Source: Octopus vulgaris (lineage: Eukaryota). From it: a stretch of DNA of 64,000 bases. This document shows, piece after piece, positions 59,865 through 64,000 of the stretch. The stretch covers positions 15,004,001 to 15,068,000 of the forward strand of contig OX597834.1 of NCBI GenBank assembly GCA_951406725.2. The letters run 5' to 3'. The position numbers were made by a program, and so were the translations under genes. Positions within the stretch are counted from its first letter, which is position 1, and each line of letters opens with the position of its first letter. The notes beneath the pieces were generated by a model. That model was not told the DNA's origin, made no database searches, and worked only from the letters and a program-made list of their open reading frames with translations.

Positions 59865-60330
59865 TTGTGTTTGTGTTTGTGTGTTTGTGTACTGATAGAT
59901 AAATGCAATTATAGACATGCACGCACACATATATATGGTATGTATATGTATGTGTGTATGTTTGCATGCGTTTGTGTGTATAACACCCTACCGATTGACG
60001 GTCATTATTGGTTTGTTTACATCCGTTATTTAAAGGTTTCGAAAAATACACCGATAGATTACATAGATTCATTTTACTATATATGCATACACACGCACAC
60101 ACTTCACGTGATATATAATTGATACAATTTCGAGTTAACGTGAAATAATTCTTGTCTGGAACTGAATCTCGAAGCGCACATAAGTCTATAAAGAGCAGAA
60201 TAAAAATATTGTGATGAAGAACACTTTTGGCTAGAAAAAGTGTAGCCTTATCATTTACAAGCTTCATGTGCTTCAATATCCAGTTCCCCAAAAACAATTA
60301 TATATATGAACCCACACACACATGCATACA

Positions 60331-60364
<34 letters not shown>

Positions 60365-60373
60365 AATATATAC

Positions 60374-60449
<76 letters not shown>

Positions 60450-60465
60450 AATATATACATATATT

Positions 60466-60648
60466 AGATCGGTAGCCACTACACACATTTTTTCTCTCCT
60501 AGTTTCTTTCTGTGTTCATTTCTGTGGAAGAGCGTAGGCTCGAAACGTAAAAGACTTTTTCAATTCCCGAGCGTTATGCTAATACATCTGATTGTTTTCT
60601 ACACCACCTGTCTTCGTATTTTGTTTGTTTTTTTCGTAACCTCTCCCC
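60466..60648 (+). mobile_element. Family D copy (core CUGUGGA at 60522-60528)
   Basis: TTT-CTGTGGA-A-GAGCGTAGGCTC-GAAAC-GT-A-AAAGA. Confidence 0.75.
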
Positions 60649-60652
60649 ATAA

Positions 60653-60757
<105 letters not shown>

Positions 60758-61001
60758 ATTTTCTCTATCGGTAACATACACCCTCTACAGAGATATATAT
60801 AGATATACGGATGTGACGATAGAGCTTAGCAAATGAAAGTAAATGGAGATTTTTATACCCACTCAGGGTTAGGTAGCATTAATCACCGGTAAAACTAACG
60901 ACGCTACCCATTTAGATTCTATATGTCTACCAACCAATATTTGGAAATTTACCTTTATATATATATATATATATACAAACATATATACACATACTCACAT
61001 C

Positions 61002-61056
<55 letters not shown>

Positions 61057-61812
61057 TACTGATTTTCTGTTGAATGGTTCGCAGTAATCTAGAAGCTCTC
61101 CCGTTCATGTTTCAGTTAAGTTCACAAATTGTCTGATTTAATGTGTGCATTACAAAACATCATTTGAAACATTTTCGTTTTGCTATAACATAAAGTTTCC
61201 ATTATTTTAATCAATAGAAACTTGATTCATACCATTTGCACGCAAAATCTAGGGTATAAATTCATCATAAATTTCACAGGCGCTGAGACGACGTTGCGAG
61301 ATAATAAAAACTAGTTAATGATGTTGGCTTCATGTAATTCAATCTTCAACATATGGTTTCTGTATTCACAACATCGGAGTTTAGTGGAATAATTTAGAAA
61401 CACACGAAAGCTGAATCTGAAGAACGAGACATAAGTTTAACATCGCTCGAGGTTAAGTGAATGTGGACATGGCTGTATAGGTAAGTGGGGAATGAATTCG
61501 TGCTGGAACCCGGATTGTTACGGGTTCGAACTTACTTAATTTCAGCACGGTCTTGAGGATTTGACTTCTTTCTTAGCCTCATGTACGGTCTTGTGAGAGG
61601 AATTTCTATATCGAAAGCTACACAAAAAATACAAACCATACACACACACACAAACACGCACATATATATATGTATGTTTGTATGTATGTATACATGTGTG
61701 TACGTGTGTGTATGAGTGTGTGTAAGTGATAAATACACACTCACACAAACGTTTCCTCCCTCGCTGATAATCGTCTCAAATTTTGGCATAAATGCACACA
61801 CATATGTGTATG

Positions 61813-61851
<39 letters not shown>

Positions 61852-61882
61852 GTATGTATATGTATGTATGTATGTATGTATG

Positions 61883-61913
<31 letters not shown>

Positions 61914-63342
61914 ATACTCACACACACATTCACACAGAAATATCATCTGAAAAATTTAGAAGTGCATAAACGCTACGAAACAGAGACGCCTATATCGAAT
62001 TCAACATTTCTTCATTCAATCAGTGTATAACGAAATTGTTTTTTCTTGCTAACCCCTCTGAATTGCACGAAATTCTGGAAAAGAATTATTGGACATACCT
62101 GACATGCATAAAAAATCACCTGAGATTTGTATTCTACTTATATTTACTGGTATTTGATTTTTTAAATATTTATAACCAAAGTCTTTTAATACCGAGTGCT
62201 TTATTGATAACTGCCATATACATGTGTGTATGTATATAAAAATTTGATAGCAGCGCATTCCCAGCTTGTGTTGAAATAAACTAATTCGCTAATAAAATTA
62301 TTATATTTAATTTGTTTTAATATAATGTAATATATTATCACTAATATTCTTTAATATTTTGGTATCAAAACATGTCATTAATTAATTAGAGGTGTTATGG
62401 TAATGGTGATATTATATTATCTTGTGCGGTGTGGTTAGTAATGCTTTTCGACCATTCGGGCTACATCAACAAATTTACCACACAAGCTCTGTAATCAGTG
62501 GTACTGTTTAACCCACTTCCTTTAAAATTCTTAGCTCTGCGCCTAAATCGGAAACCGTTCTTGGAAGAAGTCCCTCAAACTCAAGCATGCCGAACAATTC
62601 GTAAAGATTCTAAGGCAGAGAACGTAAAATTGCGTGCTTCAAATTTTAGGGTACAAGTTGCTATGTCGTCATACAATAGAAAATTCTATAACTCGCAACT
62701 GATGAGACATGCATAGGGTGCGAAATTTATAATATTTTTCGAATCAGAATCGCAAGTAATGGCAAATATGTGTTAGTCTGCCGAGGCAGCAAACTGTGTG
62801 TTGACTAGTTTTATCAACTCGACTTGAAAATAAACGAGATTATATCATCATAGCACATAGACACGATGTTTGATATGCTAGAGGTTGCATTGCTTTTTGA
62901 TTAAGAATTGGCGGGAAATATTATTTCATATGGTGTCTACCAATTACGGAATTGATTCAATTTTGTACCTTGAAGTTAATTGTTGAATATACACGTGATA
63001 AATAGAAGGTGTTTTACTTTACAATATATAACTCAAAACCTCTCAGTCTTTCTCTCCCGCATTCTCACTCTCTCCATCTCGCTCTCTCTACGCACAATAC
63101 ACGCAAACACACACATACACGCATATATACTTTTGCATTTAGAATTGTATATGCATATATATATATATATATATATGTGTGTATGTGTGTGTATGTGTGT
63201 GTGTATACACATATATATGCATAGAAAGATGTGTATGCATACACACACGCGCGCGTACACACATTTCTCTTTATAAGCATGTACGTGTGTATTATGTATG
63301 TATGTATAAAAGTACGTAGTTAGTATGCATATATACATATAT

Positions 63343-63426
<84 letters not shown>

Positions 63427-63695
63427 AGGCATAGCTGTTTTATGTAAAACAAACTAAGTTGCTGTGTACATATACTAATTCCTCCTGTTTACACTATCCA
63501 TTTTCTATGTTGACAGAAACGACGAAATGTTTACATATTTACATAGTCGTGTTCCCCCCCCCCATTTAGAATAACGAATAACTTCCATTGAGGGACACCT
63601 AATAAAAGATAACACAAACACAGAGTGATTTCAGGGCATATCAAACGAAATATCACGATACGATAAACGTGAAATCGATCATGTTCCAATAATAC

Positions 63696-63836
<141 letters not shown>

Positions 63837-63838
63837 TA

Positions 63839-63895
<57 letters not shown>

Positions 63896-64000
63896 TGTAA
63901 ATGATTCAGGAAACATACCTATGGTCAGGTATATATATATTTTCACTATGTGTGAATGTTTATTAGCGATGTGATATATTTATGTGAAATTTCATTATGA

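Overview
AT-rich, repeat-dominated eukaryotic DNA with no host protein-coding exon I can support. The microsatellite load ((TA)n, (CA)n, (TATC)n, (AAT)n, (GAT)n) and the SINE families look like an Octopus-type cephalopod genome; this is recognition and inference, not proof. Nearly every ORF in the supplied track is a translation of simple repeats. The recognisable coding remnants are three 3' fragments of an R4/Dong-like LINE (restriction-like endonuclease) embedded in an (AAT)n array at 10.9-12.7 kb, and a decayed Penelope-type GIY-YIG endonuclease at 13.4-13.7 kb. Also present are at least four tRNA-derived SINE families (one forming tandem multimers with recurrent junctions), two non-autonomous Helitrons and a Tc2-like MITE. 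The main signal is a set of at least seven short, mutually dissimilar non-coding element families, usually sitting in (TA)n and often arranged as fold-backs or partial tandems. They carry minimal type I hammerhead-ribozyme folds (stem I - CUGANGA - stem II - GAAA - palindromic stem III - NUH), with a different stem III palindrome in most families. One family has a U6 core variant (CUGUNGA), and one hammerhead appears to be the tail of a tRNA-headed SINE. All ribozyme calls come from manual folding; none has been tested.
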